64,000 bases of DNA, taken from the NCBI GenBank assembly GCA_963826115.1, contig CAWGVS010000006.1:1-64000 (forward strand), read 5' to 3'. The notes below the pieces were generated by a model. The model did no database searches. It saw only the letters and a list, made by a program, of their open reading frames with translations, and was not told the origin of the DNA. This stretch comes from an uncultured Candidatus Rokubacteria bacterium. GTDB lineage: Bacteria > Methylomirabilota > Methylomirabilia > Rokubacteriales > DASRDR01. Positions 20,699 to 29,706 of this stretch are shown in pieces. How positions within the stretch are numbered: position 1 is the first letter of the stretch; each line of letters begins with the position of its first letter. A program made the translations under genes and the position numbers.

Positions 20699-21709
20699 AT
20701 GACGCCGTCAGCATTCGCGTCGCGGCTGCTGCTCGACAGTCTCACCAGCGTCTTCCGCCTCCTCAAGTGGGTCACGGCGCTGGCGGCCATCGCGGTCCTG
20801 GTGTCCGGAGTCACCGTGGTCAAGCCTGACGAGGTGGCGCTCCGGCTGCGGTTCGGGAAGCTGACGGGCCAGACACGAACCGAGCAGATCCATGGCCCTG
20901 GGCTGCTGATCGCCCTCCCGTATCTGATCGACGAGGTGATCCGGGTCCCCGTCAAGCGTGTGCAGGAGATGCGCATCGAAGCACTGACCGGCTGGGGCCA
21001 GGCGGGTGGCGACCGCCTGGACGTCACGACCACCGGATACGCGCTCACGGCCGATCACAACATCGTCCAGCCGCGCGCCGTGCTCAAGTACCAGATCGCC
21101 GATCCCGTGGCGTGGGCGCTCCGGGCGGTGGCACCGGAGCGCGTCGTCCACGATGCCGTGGTCTCCGCCCTCACCCGGACGCTCGGCGAAATGACGGTGG
21201 ATGCGGTCCTCGTCGAGGGCCAGAAGCAGCTCGCCGCTCAGGCGCTGGGGCGCGCCCAGTCTCGGCTGGATCAGGACGGACAGTGGGTACGGCTGCTCGC
21301 CCTTGAGTTCACGGCGCTCCGGCCGCCACCGCAGGTGGCGCCTGACTTCGATGCCGTGCAGAGCGCGTTTGTCGAGCGCAAGACCCGGGCTGATCAGGCG
21401 CGGAGCTACCGTGAGCAGGCCTTGCCGGGAGCAGCTGTGGACGCTCAGAACCAGGTCCGAGCGGCCGAGGCCGACGAGGCCGGCCGCCTCGCCGAGGCCC
21501 GGGGCGCAGCGGCCACATTTCTGGCGATCCAGGCGGAATACCGCCGGAGCCCCGCCGTCGTGCGGCAGCGGTTGTATCGCGAGGCAATGGAGCAGGCCGT
21601 GGCGGGGGTCGGCGGCCGGATCCTCGTGCCCCCCGGCCGGGACACAGGGCGGATCCTCATTCCGACCGAGGCCAGGTCCGGCGAGAGCGCGGGACCGGAC
21701 GAGCCATGA
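20699..21709 (+). CDS. HflK-like SPFH protein
   Basis: 'VVKPDEVALRLRFGK', 'GYALTADHNIV', 'RQRLYRE'. Confidence 0.82.
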   Translation: MTPSAFASRLLLDSLTSVFRLLKWVTALAAIAVLVSGVTVVKPDEVALRLRFGKLTGQTRTEQIHGPGLLIALPYLIDEVIRVPVKRVQEMRIEALTGWGQAGGDRLDVTTTGYALTADHNIVQPRAVLKYQIADPVAWALRAVAPERVVHDAVVSALTRTLGEMTVDAVLVEGQKQLAAQALGRAQSRLDQDGQWVRLLALEFTALRPPPQVAPDFDAVQSAFVERKTRADQARSYREQALPGAAVDAQNQVRAAEADEAGRLAEARGAAATFLAIQAEYRRSPAVVRQRLYREAMEQAVAGVGGRILVPPGRDTGRILIPTEARSGESAGPDEP

Positions 21710-23664
21710 CGGTGCTCGCGATTCACCCTCGCTCGCTCAGTGGGCACCTCCAGGCCGCGCTCGAATCCGGGCTGACGGCGGACGAGCGCCGCCGGATCGC
21801 GCGGCGGCTCGGGGGCGCGTTGGTTGCCGGAGTCCTGCTCGTCGCCGGCCTGGCGCACCGGTACCTCGTGCCGGGCCAGGCGGAGATCACGGCGGTGCTG
21901 CTGGCGCTCGGCGCGGTGGTCGCGATGGCCCCGGTCCTGGTGGCCGGGGTCCGCGGCTTTGTCACGCGCGACCCGAACTCCGCCGTGGATCAGCTTGTCA
22001 GCCTGGCGCTGCTCGCCGCCGCGGCGGTCGGAGAGTTCGAGACCGCGATCCTCGTGCCCCTCGTGATGGAGATCGGCCACTTCTTCGAAGAGCGCAGCAT
22101 TCTCGGCGCCCGCGCGGCGATCGAGGGGCTCAAGACCTTGCGGCCGGACACGGCCGCCAGGCTGGGGGCTCGCGGCGAGGAAGTGGTGGGCGTCGAGGAC
22201 CTCCGTCTGGGAGACACGATCCTCGTCCGGCCAGGCGAGGCCTTTCCGGCGGATGGTCGCGTCGGGCGCGGCCGCTCGGCCGTGGACCAGAGCACGATGA
22301 CGGGCGAGGCCGTGGCCGAGGAGGTCTCCCCCGGTTCCCAGGTGTTCGCCGGGACCCTCAACCTGTCGGGTGTCCTCGAGGTGGAGGTGACCGACCTCGC
22401 CGAGGCGACCGTGCTCGGCCGGATCGTCGAGCTGCTCCGGGCAGCCGAGCAGGCCAAGGCGCCGATCGTTCAGCTGATCGAGCAATACACCGAGTACTAT
22501 CTGCCCGCGGTACTCCTGGTCGCCGCCGCCGTGCTGGCCTTCACTCAGGATCTCACCCGCGCCATCGCGATCCTGGTGGTCAGCTGCCCCTGCGCGCTCG
22601 TCCTCGCGAGCCCCTCGGCCATGACCGCGGCGCTGGCCGTCGCGTCCCGTCTCGGCGTCCTCATCAAGAGCCCACGGGTCCTGGAGCGACTCGGGGATAT
22701 CGATACGCTGATCCTGGACAAGACCGGCACCGTGACCACCGGCCGGCTCGAAGTACTCGCCGTGCGGCCGCTCGGCGAGCAGGTCCCTGACGAGGTGCTC
22801 CGGGTGGCCGCGGTGTGCGCGATCGGATCCCGCCACCCCGTGTCTCAAGCCATCCTGGCGGCGGTCGGGGGCGCCCACGCTCGCGAGGCGGACGCGATCG
22901 AGGAAGCTCCCGGTCGCGGCGTCGCGGCCCGCCACAACGGGACGGTCGTGCGTCTCGGGTCCGCCGCGTGGCTCCGAGAATCGGGACTCGAGCCGCCGGA
23001 GTCCGGTCCGCCACACGCCGGGCCAGTCGTGTGGGTCGCGCGTGACCGCGAGGTGCTCGGGCTGGTGCTTCTGGCCGACCGCCCGCGACCGGGGAGCCGC
23101 GACGCCATCGCGGCCCTGCGAGGGCTCGGTGTGGCGCGCGCCGTCTTGATGACGGGTGATCGCGCCGACGTCGCGGAGCCCGTCGCCCGCGACCTCGGGG
23201 TCGACGAGTACCTGGCGAGCTGCCTCCCGGAAACCAAGCTCGCGGTGGTCCAGCGCGAGAAGGCGAGCGGGCATCGCGTGATGGTAGTGGGCGATGGCGT
23301 CAACGACGCGCTGGCCCTGCACGCGGCCGACGTCGGCGTCGCCATGGGCGCGATGGGGTCGGCCGTCGCCGTCCAGAGCGCGGACGTGGCGCTCATGGGC
23401 ACCGACCTCGGACGGCTCCCCCAGACGATGCGGCTCGCGCAGCGGACCCGCGCGGTCGTCAACCAGAATGTGCTGTTCGCCATCGGCGGCAGTCTGGCCA
23501 TCATCGTCGTCGCGGGCCTGGGCCTGATCAGCCCAATCATGGGCGCGGTGGTCCAGAACGTCGGCACGTTCGCCGTGATCGTGAACAGCGCGCGACTGCT
23601 CCGCTTCGATGACGCCTCGGAAGGACGGTCTTGGAGCGAAGGGCCGGATGCGCCCGGGAGTTGA
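21706..23664 (+). CDS. Heavy-metal P1B-type ATPase
   Basis: TGE, SCPC, DKTGT, SRHP, TGD, GDGVND; no N-terminal HMA domain. Confidence 0.93.
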   Translation: MTVLAIHPRSLSGHLQAALESGLTADERRRIARRLGGALVAGVLLVAGLAHRYLVPGQAEITAVLLALGAVVAMAPVLVAGVRGFVTRDPNSAVDQLVSLALLAAAAVGEFETAILVPLVMEIGHFFEERSILGARAAIEGLKTLRPDTAARLGARGEEVVGVEDLRLGDTILVRPGEAFPADGRVGRGRSAVDQSTMTGEAVAEEVSPGSQVFAGTLNLSGVLEVEVTDLAEATVLGRIVELLRAAEQAKAPIVQLIEQYTEYYLPAVLLVAAAVLAFTQDLTRAIAILVVSCPCALVLASPSAMTAALAVASRLGVLIKSPRVLERLGDIDTLILDKTGTVTTGRLEVLAVRPLGEQVPDEVLRVAAVCAIGSRHPVSQAILAAVGGAHAREADAIEEAPGRGVAARHNGTVVRLGSAAWLRESGLEPPESGPPHAGPVVWVARDREVLGLVLLADRPRPGSRDAIAALRGLGVARAVLMTGDRADVAEPVARDLGVDEYLASCLPETKLAVVQREKASGHRVMVVGDGVNDALALHAADVGVAMGAMGSAVAVQSADVALMGTDLGRLPQTMRLAQRTRAVVNQNVLFAIGGSLAIIVVAGLGLISPIMGAVVQNVGTFAVIVNSARLLRFDDASEGRSWSEGPDAPGS

Positions 23665-23670
23665 TCGACC

Positions 23671-25404
23671 ATGAACGAGCAGGGGATACGGGGGATCCTT
23701 CGCGAGGCCTGGGGGATCGCCCGGCCGTATTGGGTCTCGGAGGAGCGGTGGGCGGCGCTGGGTCTCCTGATCCTCGTCGTGATGCTGACCCTGGGCCAGG
23801 TCGCGCTCAACGTGCGGTTCAGCTATTGGTACAACGCCTTCTACAACACGCTGCAGAATCTGGACGCGCACGGCTTCTACGTGCAAATCGCGCTCTTCGC
23901 CGGCCTCGCGACGCTCTGGGTATTGATCGGCACCTCCCGCGGGTTCCTGAGCCAGATGCTACGCATCCGCTGGCGACGCTGGCTCACGGATCTCTACCTC
24001 AAGCGCTGGCTGGATCACCGCGCTTACTATCGGCTGCAGCTGACCGGTCGCTCGACCGACAACCCGGACCAGCGCATTGCCGAGGACGTGCGCGATTTCG
24101 TCGACAGCGCGCTGTCGCTGTCGCTCGGCCTGCTGAGCAGCATCGTTTCGTTCTTCTCGTTTGTCTTCATTCTGTGGTCGCTCTCGGGACCATTGACGAT
24201 CCCGCTCGGCTTCCTTGGCGCCGTGACGGTCCCCGCGTACATGGTCTGGCTCGTGATCGTCTACGTGGTCATTGGCACACTCGTGACCACGAAGATCGGG
24301 CGGCCGCTGATCGGACTCAACTTCAACCAGCAACGCTACGAGGCGGACTTCCGCTACAGCCTGGTGCGGCTGCGCGAGAACACCGAAAGCGTCGCCTTCT
24401 ACCGCGGCGAAGATCGCGAGTTCGACGTCGCGAGCGGCCGTTTCCGCCACGTGGTCGAGAACTTCTGGGCGATCATGTGGCGGAGCCTCAAGGTGAACGG
24501 ATTCACCTTCTCCTTCGGGCAGGCGTCCGTGCTGTTTCCCTACCTCGTGCAGGCGCCGCGGTTCTTCGCCAAACAGATCAGCCTGGGCGACCTGCAGCAG
24601 ACCGGGAACGCGTTCAATCAAGTGGTGGATTCGCTGTCGTTCATCATCAACGCCTTCGGCGACATCGCGATGTGGTTCGCGGTCGTCCGACGGCTTTCGA
24701 CCTTCGATGCCCACGTCGCCGAGATCGTCTCGGAGCCCCAGGCGTCCCGGACCTTGCCGATCGCCCGCCAGGGCACCGGTCTGACCGTGAGCGATCTGGC
24801 CCTCGACCTGCCGGACGGCCGACCGCTGATCTCCCGAATCGAGCTGAGCGCGGAGCCCGGTGGGGCGGTCCTGGTGGCCGGGCCCACAGGCATCGGGAAG
24901 AGCACAATGCTGCGCGCGATCGCGGGGCTCTGGCCGTTCAGCCGCGGCAAGGTGCGGCTCGCCCAGGGCCGCATCTTCTTCGTGCCGCAAAAGCCCTACA
25001 TTCCGCTCGGCAGTCTGCGTCAGGCGCTCGCCTATCCCGAGGATGGGACCGCGATCCCCGACGAGCGGCTCAGAGAGATCCTGCGGCAGGTTGGGCTCGA
25101 CGGCCTCGAGCGCGAGCTCGACCTGACCGATAACTGGTCTCAACGCCTCTCGGGAGGCGAGCAGCAGCGTCTGGCCTTCGCGCGGCTCTTCCTGGCCGAG
25201 CCCGCCGTCATCTTCCTCGACGAGGCGACCTCCGCGCTCGACGAGGAAACGGAAGCGCGGTTCTACCGCCTGCTGCGCGAGGCGCCCTGGCGCCCGACGA
25301 TCGTCAGCATCGGGCACCGTGGCACCCTGCGCGCCTTCCATGACCGGGTGCTCGATCTGGCCGCGCTGGCCGAGCATCCGGCTGCCGCGTCAGCCGTGCC
25401 GTGA
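23671..25404 (+). CDS. ABC transporter, fused permease/ATPase (YddA/BacA-like ABCD family)
   Basis: 'DNPDQRIAED', 'QQRYEADFRYSLVRLRENTESVAFYRGE', GPTGIGKST, LSGGEQQR, LDEATSALD. Confidence 0.92.
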   Translation: MNEQGIRGILREAWGIARPYWVSEERWAALGLLILVVMLTLGQVALNVRFSYWYNAFYNTLQNLDAHGFYVQIALFAGLATLWVLIGTSRGFLSQMLRIRWRRWLTDLYLKRWLDHRAYYRLQLTGRSTDNPDQRIAEDVRDFVDSALSLSLGLLSSIVSFFSFVFILWSLSGPLTIPLGFLGAVTVPAYMVWLVIVYVVIGTLVTTKIGRPLIGLNFNQQRYEADFRYSLVRLRENTESVAFYRGEDREFDVASGRFRHVVENFWAIMWRSLKVNGFTFSFGQASVLFPYLVQAPRFFAKQISLGDLQQTGNAFNQVVDSLSFIINAFGDIAMWFAVVRRLSTFDAHVAEIVSEPQASRTLPIARQGTGLTVSDLALDLPDGRPLISRIELSAEPGGAVLVAGPTGIGKSTMLRAIAGLWPFSRGKVRLAQGRIFFVPQKPYIPLGSLRQALAYPEDGTAIPDERLREILRQVGLDGLERELDLTDNWSQRLSGGEQQRLAFARLFLAEPAVIFLDEATSALDEETEARFYRLLREAPWRPTIVSIGHRGTLRAFHDRVLDLAALAEHPAAASAVP

Positions 25405-25889
25405 CCAGGCCTGCGTGGGACAAGAAGAGTCGGGGTGTGGCGTATGCCATCACCGTGCTCGCGTTCGGCGGCTGCGCGACACCCTCCGGGACGGGATCGG
25501 GAAGCCTGAAGCCATATACCGTCGAGGGTCACCGGTACGTTCCGGTGCTGCAATGGCAAGGGTTTGTGGAGGATGGGCTCGCCAGCTGGTACGGCCGGTC
25601 CTATGAGGGGCAGCCGACCGCCAGCGGCGAGCCGTTCGACCCGCACGCGCTAACAGCGGCCCACCCGGTCCTGCCCATGCAGGTGTGCGTGAAGGTCACC
25701 AACGCCGAGAGTCACGAGGCTGTCATCGTGAGGATCAACGACCGGGGACCCTTCGTGCCCGGCCGCATCATCGACCTGTCCGAGGCTGCAGCGATGAGCA
25801 TCGGGATCCTCGACGACGGTGTCGCCCGAGTGCATCTCGCGGCAGTCGGGAGTGCCGACCCGCGGGGAGCCTGCCGCAATGCTCCGTAG
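25401..25889 (+). CDS. rlpA: RlpA-family lytic transglycosylase lipoprotein
   Basis: 'GLASWYG..TASGEPFD..LTAAHPVLP', 'VRINDRGPF..GRIIDLS'. Confidence 0.88.
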   Translation: MTRPAWDKKSRGVAYAITVLAFGGCATPSGTGSGSLKPYTVEGHRYVPVLQWQGFVEDGLASWYGRSYEGQPTASGEPFDPHALTAAHPVLPMQVCVKVTNAESHEAVIVRINDRGPFVPGRIIDLSEAAAMSIGILDDGVARVHLAAVGSADPRGACRNAP

Positions 25890-26069
25890 GTGCCCCGCTC
25901 GCCGGCGGATCGACGCGGGCGCTGAAGGTAGTCCGTCTCAGGGAGCGCGTTCGCGTCTGATGCATGGACAGCGCCGCCGGACTGCTGAGCGCGGCGCACG
26001 ATCGACGTGCACCATCACGGTGCCGCACGGAGCCTGCCCGGGGGCGCGAGTGGTGGACTTCCAACGGCC

Positions 26070-26378
26070 ATGATCCGGACGGTCGTTCTGCGCGCGCTCG
26101 CGGTGGGCCTCACGCTCGTGCTGTTTGTCGCCGTGGCGCCGACGCTTCACGAGCACCGCGCGCTCCGGCCCGCCCTCTACGACGACGAGTGCCCGCTCGC
26201 GCAACTCGGGGCCAGCGGGATCGAGGGCGGTCTACCGCGCGTGGTCGATCTGGTCGCCCCGCTGCCTCCCGTCGAGATCGTGGTCCCTGACGTCCCGAGA
26301 GCCTCGTCCGGAGTCTCGCGCCTCTCGTTCGGGCCGCGCGGCCCGCCCCATCGCCGGTTGACCCCTCCGTCTCCATAG
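26070..26378 (+). CDS. Leader ORF D (DUF2946-like; HEH...YDDECPL...FGPRGPP)
   Basis: Signal peptide, LHEHRALRPALYDDECPLAQL, C-terminal LSFGPRGPP; clearly paralogous to 17444-17734. Confidence 0.8.
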   Translation: MIRTVVLRALAVGLTLVLFVAVAPTLHEHRALRPALYDDECPLAQLGASGIEGGLPRVVDLVAPLPPVEIVVPDVPRASSGVSRLSFGPRGPPHRRLTPPSP

Positions 26379-26506
26379 CCGCCCGGCGGTTGGGGCCAGC
26401 CTGCCCGGTTCTTCCCCCGGAGCGGAGGTATGGCTCCGTCCGCCGGACGGATTCGTGACTTCCCGAACAGGAAGGAGACGCGTGTGAACCCGACGAGTGA
26501 GGCTGC

Positions 26507-27175
26507 GTGGTGACCGGCCGTTCCTCCACGCGCAGGACCACGGTGGCTCGCGCCATCCTGCTGATCGCCTTCCTGATCGGCGGCTCGGGCTGCCACGGCG
26601 AGAGCAGCAGCGGGCCCTCCGGCAGCGCCCACGACCTCCTGGTAGCGCTCAACGCCAGCCAGAACGACGGCCGGACGGTGCGATGGGCGAGCCTGCCGAT
26701 CCCGGTCTTCCTCAACGGTGTCGCCCGGGCGGACGAGGTTAACGCATGGGCGGTCGCCACGGGAGGCGCGGTCACGTTCACCTTCGTGGGAAGCCCGCCA
26801 GCGGCCGGTATCTCCTTCCGATTCGGCGGTGGCAACGACGTCTGCGGCACGACGTTCATCGACTTCGAGGCCGACGGCCGCATCACCTCGGTGGACATCG
26901 AGGTCGTCCAGGCGATCTTCCGCGGGCCCCAGTGTCAACGTACCCCGGTCCACGAGACCGGCCACGCCATCGGATTCCTGGCCCATACGGCGGACGGCGG
27001 CCTGATGGATCCGGACGGCGGCAACGGTGTAATCACCCAGGAGGACGTGACGTTCATCCAATCGCTCTATGCCCTGGCTCCGGGCACGTTCGTGGGGCTC
27101 GGCGAGCGCATCCGGGTCCCAGTCGGACGGACGGGCCGGCGCTCGGTGACGATCGTCGACCCGGTACGTCGATGA
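26507..27175 (+). CDS. Matrixin/metzincin lipoprotein (paralog 2)
   Basis: HETGHAIGFLAH, 'GGLMDPDGG'; shares 'NDG.TVRWA.LP..VFLNG.ARADEV.AW..ATGGAVTFTFVGS' with 13626-14285. Confidence 0.85.
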   Translation: MVTGRSSTRRTTVARAILLIAFLIGGSGCHGESSSGPSGSAHDLLVALNASQNDGRTVRWASLPIPVFLNGVARADEVNAWAVATGGAVTFTFVGSPPAAGISFRFGGGNDVCGTTFIDFEADGRITSVDIEVVQAIFRGPQCQRTPVHETGHAIGFLAHTADGGLMDPDGGNGVITQEDVTFIQSLYALAPGTFVGLGERIRVPVGRTGRRSVTIVDPVRR

Positions 27176-27564
27176 CCCGCCGCTGGACCCTGGGGCTCGC
27201 GCTGATGTGGGCCGGGACGGTGGCAGCCAATACCGGCCCTGTGCGCATGGTCGTGGCGGATGCCCCGTACGCGCGCGTCTGGGCAGCGACCCTCGAGGCT
27301 GTTCGGGACTTCCCCGTCGACCGGATCGCCGAGGGTGACATCATGACCGGGTGGCGGGACCGGCCGGCGCGCGCAGAGGAGGAAGCCGTCGAGCGCATGG
27401 CGGAGCGCGTCCACCTCGAGGTGGAGGTGTTCGGCGACCGGATCACCCGGATCACGGCGACCGCAGAGGCGCGAGGCTGGCGGGACGGCGGCTGGGTCAA
27501 TGTCGGAGAGGCCGCACCCCTCGCACGAGATGTGCTCGCACGGATCCGAGCGGCGCTCGGTTGA
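27172..27564 (+). CDS. Exported hypothetical protein
   Basis: ATGA overlap with the previous gene; signal-like N-terminus. Confidence 0.6.
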   Translation: MTRRWTLGLALMWAGTVAANTGPVRMVVADAPYARVWAATLEAVRDFPVDRIAEGDIMTGWRDRPARAEEEAVERMAERVHLEVEVFGDRITRITATAEARGWRDGGWVNVGEAAPLARDVLARIRAALG

Positions 27565-27741
27565 CGCGGAGGACTGCGCGTGCCGAGACACGGTTGTCGC
27601 TTGGAGGGGAGGTCCCCCCCCCGCCTCGCCGATCACGGTGCCTTCCCGCGAGACCCGTTCGGCCGGCGGACCCTCGAGACCGAGAGTCCGTCCCGTGACG
27701 GTACGCCGATTCGAGGTATGAGTCGACCCGGGCGATGCGCG

Positions 27742-28317
27742 ATGCGTGGAGTCCGAATCGCGGCCTTGGCGGGCATCCTCGCTGCTGTTGCGTCCACCTC
27801 GGCCGTGGCCCATCCGCATGTGTTCGTCGACTACGCGGTGACGCTCGTGGTGGTTGGCGAGCGCCTGACGGGCGTGCGGCTCACCTGGACGTTCGACGAC
27901 CTCTTCAGCGGCTTCATCCTCCAGGAGTTCGACAAGGATCGGAACGGCGTGCTCTCGCCGTCGGAGGCCCAGCGCCTCGAGGAGAAGCACGTGCCCGAGT
28001 TCAAGCGCGTCGGGTACTATACGACCATCAGCATCAACGGAAAGCCGGTTCCCATCCCTGAGGCGCGCGAGTTCCGGGCGACCGCCGCCAAGGGCATCGT
28101 GACGTACGAGTTCACGCTTCCCCTCGGCGTCTCGCTCGCGTCCACGACGGCGATCGAGGTCGTGACCGACGATCCGGTTTACTACATCGCGTACATACCG
28201 GCTGCCGTCACACCCCAGACGCAGACGATCGGCGCGTACAGCGTGGAGTGCCGGGTGGTCCCGGACAAGACCGGCGTGACCCCGGACGTGGTGCGCTGCG
28301 GGATCCGGCGACGCTGA
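27742..28317 (+). CDS. DUF1007-family periplasmic metal-binding protein
   Basis: Signal peptide then 'AHPHVFVD', 'WTFDDLFS', 'DPVYY'. Confidence 0.85.
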   Translation: MRGVRIAALAGILAAVASTSAVAHPHVFVDYAVTLVVVGERLTGVRLTWTFDDLFSGFILQEFDKDRNGVLSPSEAQRLEEKHVPEFKRVGYYTTISINGKPVPIPEAREFRATAAKGIVTYEFTLPLGVSLASTTAIEVVTDDPVYYIAYIPAAVTPQTQTIGAYSVECRVVPDKTGVTPDVVRCGIRRR

Positions 28318-29246
28318 TGGGTCGACTCACGGTCCATCTCATCGTCGCCCTCGCGCTCGTTCTGGCCGTGGCCATTCGATCGGAGGCCCAGGTGCCGGCC
28401 CCTACCCAACCCGGGGGTCCGGTGGGCGTCGGTCCGGCCGGAGGCCTTGCCGGGGAAGCCCAGCCGCAGTGGCTCCGTGGCGTGCTCGCCCGCGTCAATG
28501 CAGCGCAGCGCCAGCTGAATCAGGCGCTCTCGCGAGAGCTGCGGCGGCTCCGGGGGGGTGAGGTTACCGGAGCCGCGCTCAGCGTGGCCTGGATCGCGTT
28601 CCTCTACGGCGTGCTCCACGCCGTCGGCCCCGGCCACGGCAAGCTCGTGGTGTCCTCGCTGTTCCTCGCCCGGCATGTTCGCTTGCGCACCGCACTGGGC
28701 ATCTCATGGCTCGTCTCGGTCCTCCAGACGATGTCATCGATCGCGATCGTGACGGTCGTGGCCTTGGCGCTCGGGCGCGGCGGCTTTGATGCCCTCCACG
28801 ACTCTCGACGTATCGAGCTCATCTGCTATGGACTGATCGCCCTGATCGGCCTGGTCATGCTCACGGACGCCCTCCGTGAGGTCTGGGTCCACCGGCGTCG
28901 CGCGGAGGGGGTCTCGGGCCACGGCCAACGCGTCGCGTCCGGGGGACTCGTGCTGGCCACCGGGCTCACACCCTGTGCCAGCGCGATCATCATTCTGCTG
29001 TTCGCCCTCGGGCAGGGGGTGTATCTCGTTGGGGTTGCGGCCTCACTCGTGATGGCCGTCGGGATGGGACTCACGGTGTCGCTGGTGGGCCTGGCGGCCG
29101 TCGCGGCGCGGCGGGGCACGCTCCGCGTCGCCGGCCCGTCATCTGCCCCTGCGCGATGGATCGTGGCCGCGCTGAGTATTGCGGGCGCCGCCGCGATCGC
29201 CGGGGTCGGACTTCTTCTCTTGTTGGGCGCCTGGACCTCTGTCTAG
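28317..29246 (+). CDS. Ni/Co transporter (RcnA/NiCoT family)
   Basis: 'FLYGVLHAVGPGHGK', 'GLTPCASAIIILLF'. Confidence 0.88.
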   Translation: MGRLTVHLIVALALVLAVAIRSEAQVPAPTQPGGPVGVGPAGGLAGEAQPQWLRGVLARVNAAQRQLNQALSRELRRLRGGEVTGAALSVAWIAFLYGVLHAVGPGHGKLVVSSLFLARHVRLRTALGISWLVSVLQTMSSIAIVTVVALALGRGGFDALHDSRRIELICYGLIALIGLVMLTDALREVWVHRRRAEGVSGHGQRVASGGLVLATGLTPCASAIIILLFALGQGVYLVGVAASLVMAVGMGLTVSLVGLAAVAARRGTLRVAGPSSAPARWIVAALSIAGAAAIAGVGLLLLLGAWTSV

Positions 29247-29706
29247 GCCTGCCGAACCTCGGGGCTGGGACGGCGAGCGGTCCTGGAGAAGCAGCAGACG
29301 ATGTCGAAACGACGCTGGTCGCGGCGAGGGTCATTCGCCCGCGAACCAGGCGGTGCGACCCTCCGAATGCTGTATGTCGGAGCCAGGACTCCCCGGTCAA
29401 CTCACCGCGAAGGTCTGCGGACTTGCGGGGGAAGGGGTAGTGGGAAAGGAATGTGCTCGGGATTCCCGCACTGGTCGCAGGAGAGCTGCACGTTTCCGAT
29501 CATCGGTGTGCCTCCATGGGGCGTACCTCGCATTGGCCTCGCCCACATTGTCGCACCACGTCCCGGTGCAGAACAAGGCCAGGCGACGAGTCGAGGTTTG
29601 AGTGCTGTCGGGCCACGGTGCACGCTTAGAGCTCGTGCCGCCGGCGGGCGGGTCGCCCGCAGGTGAGGCGCAGAGTCGTTAGACCGACGTCCGAACTGGC
29701 ACCACC

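Noticed and set aside
21445-23886. Long antisense and alternative-frame ORFs (e.g. 21445-23886, 33477-35567, 57060-58673, 58285-59889)
   Set aside because: Shadow ORFs typical of high-GC DNA, overlapping well-supported genes and lacking motifs.
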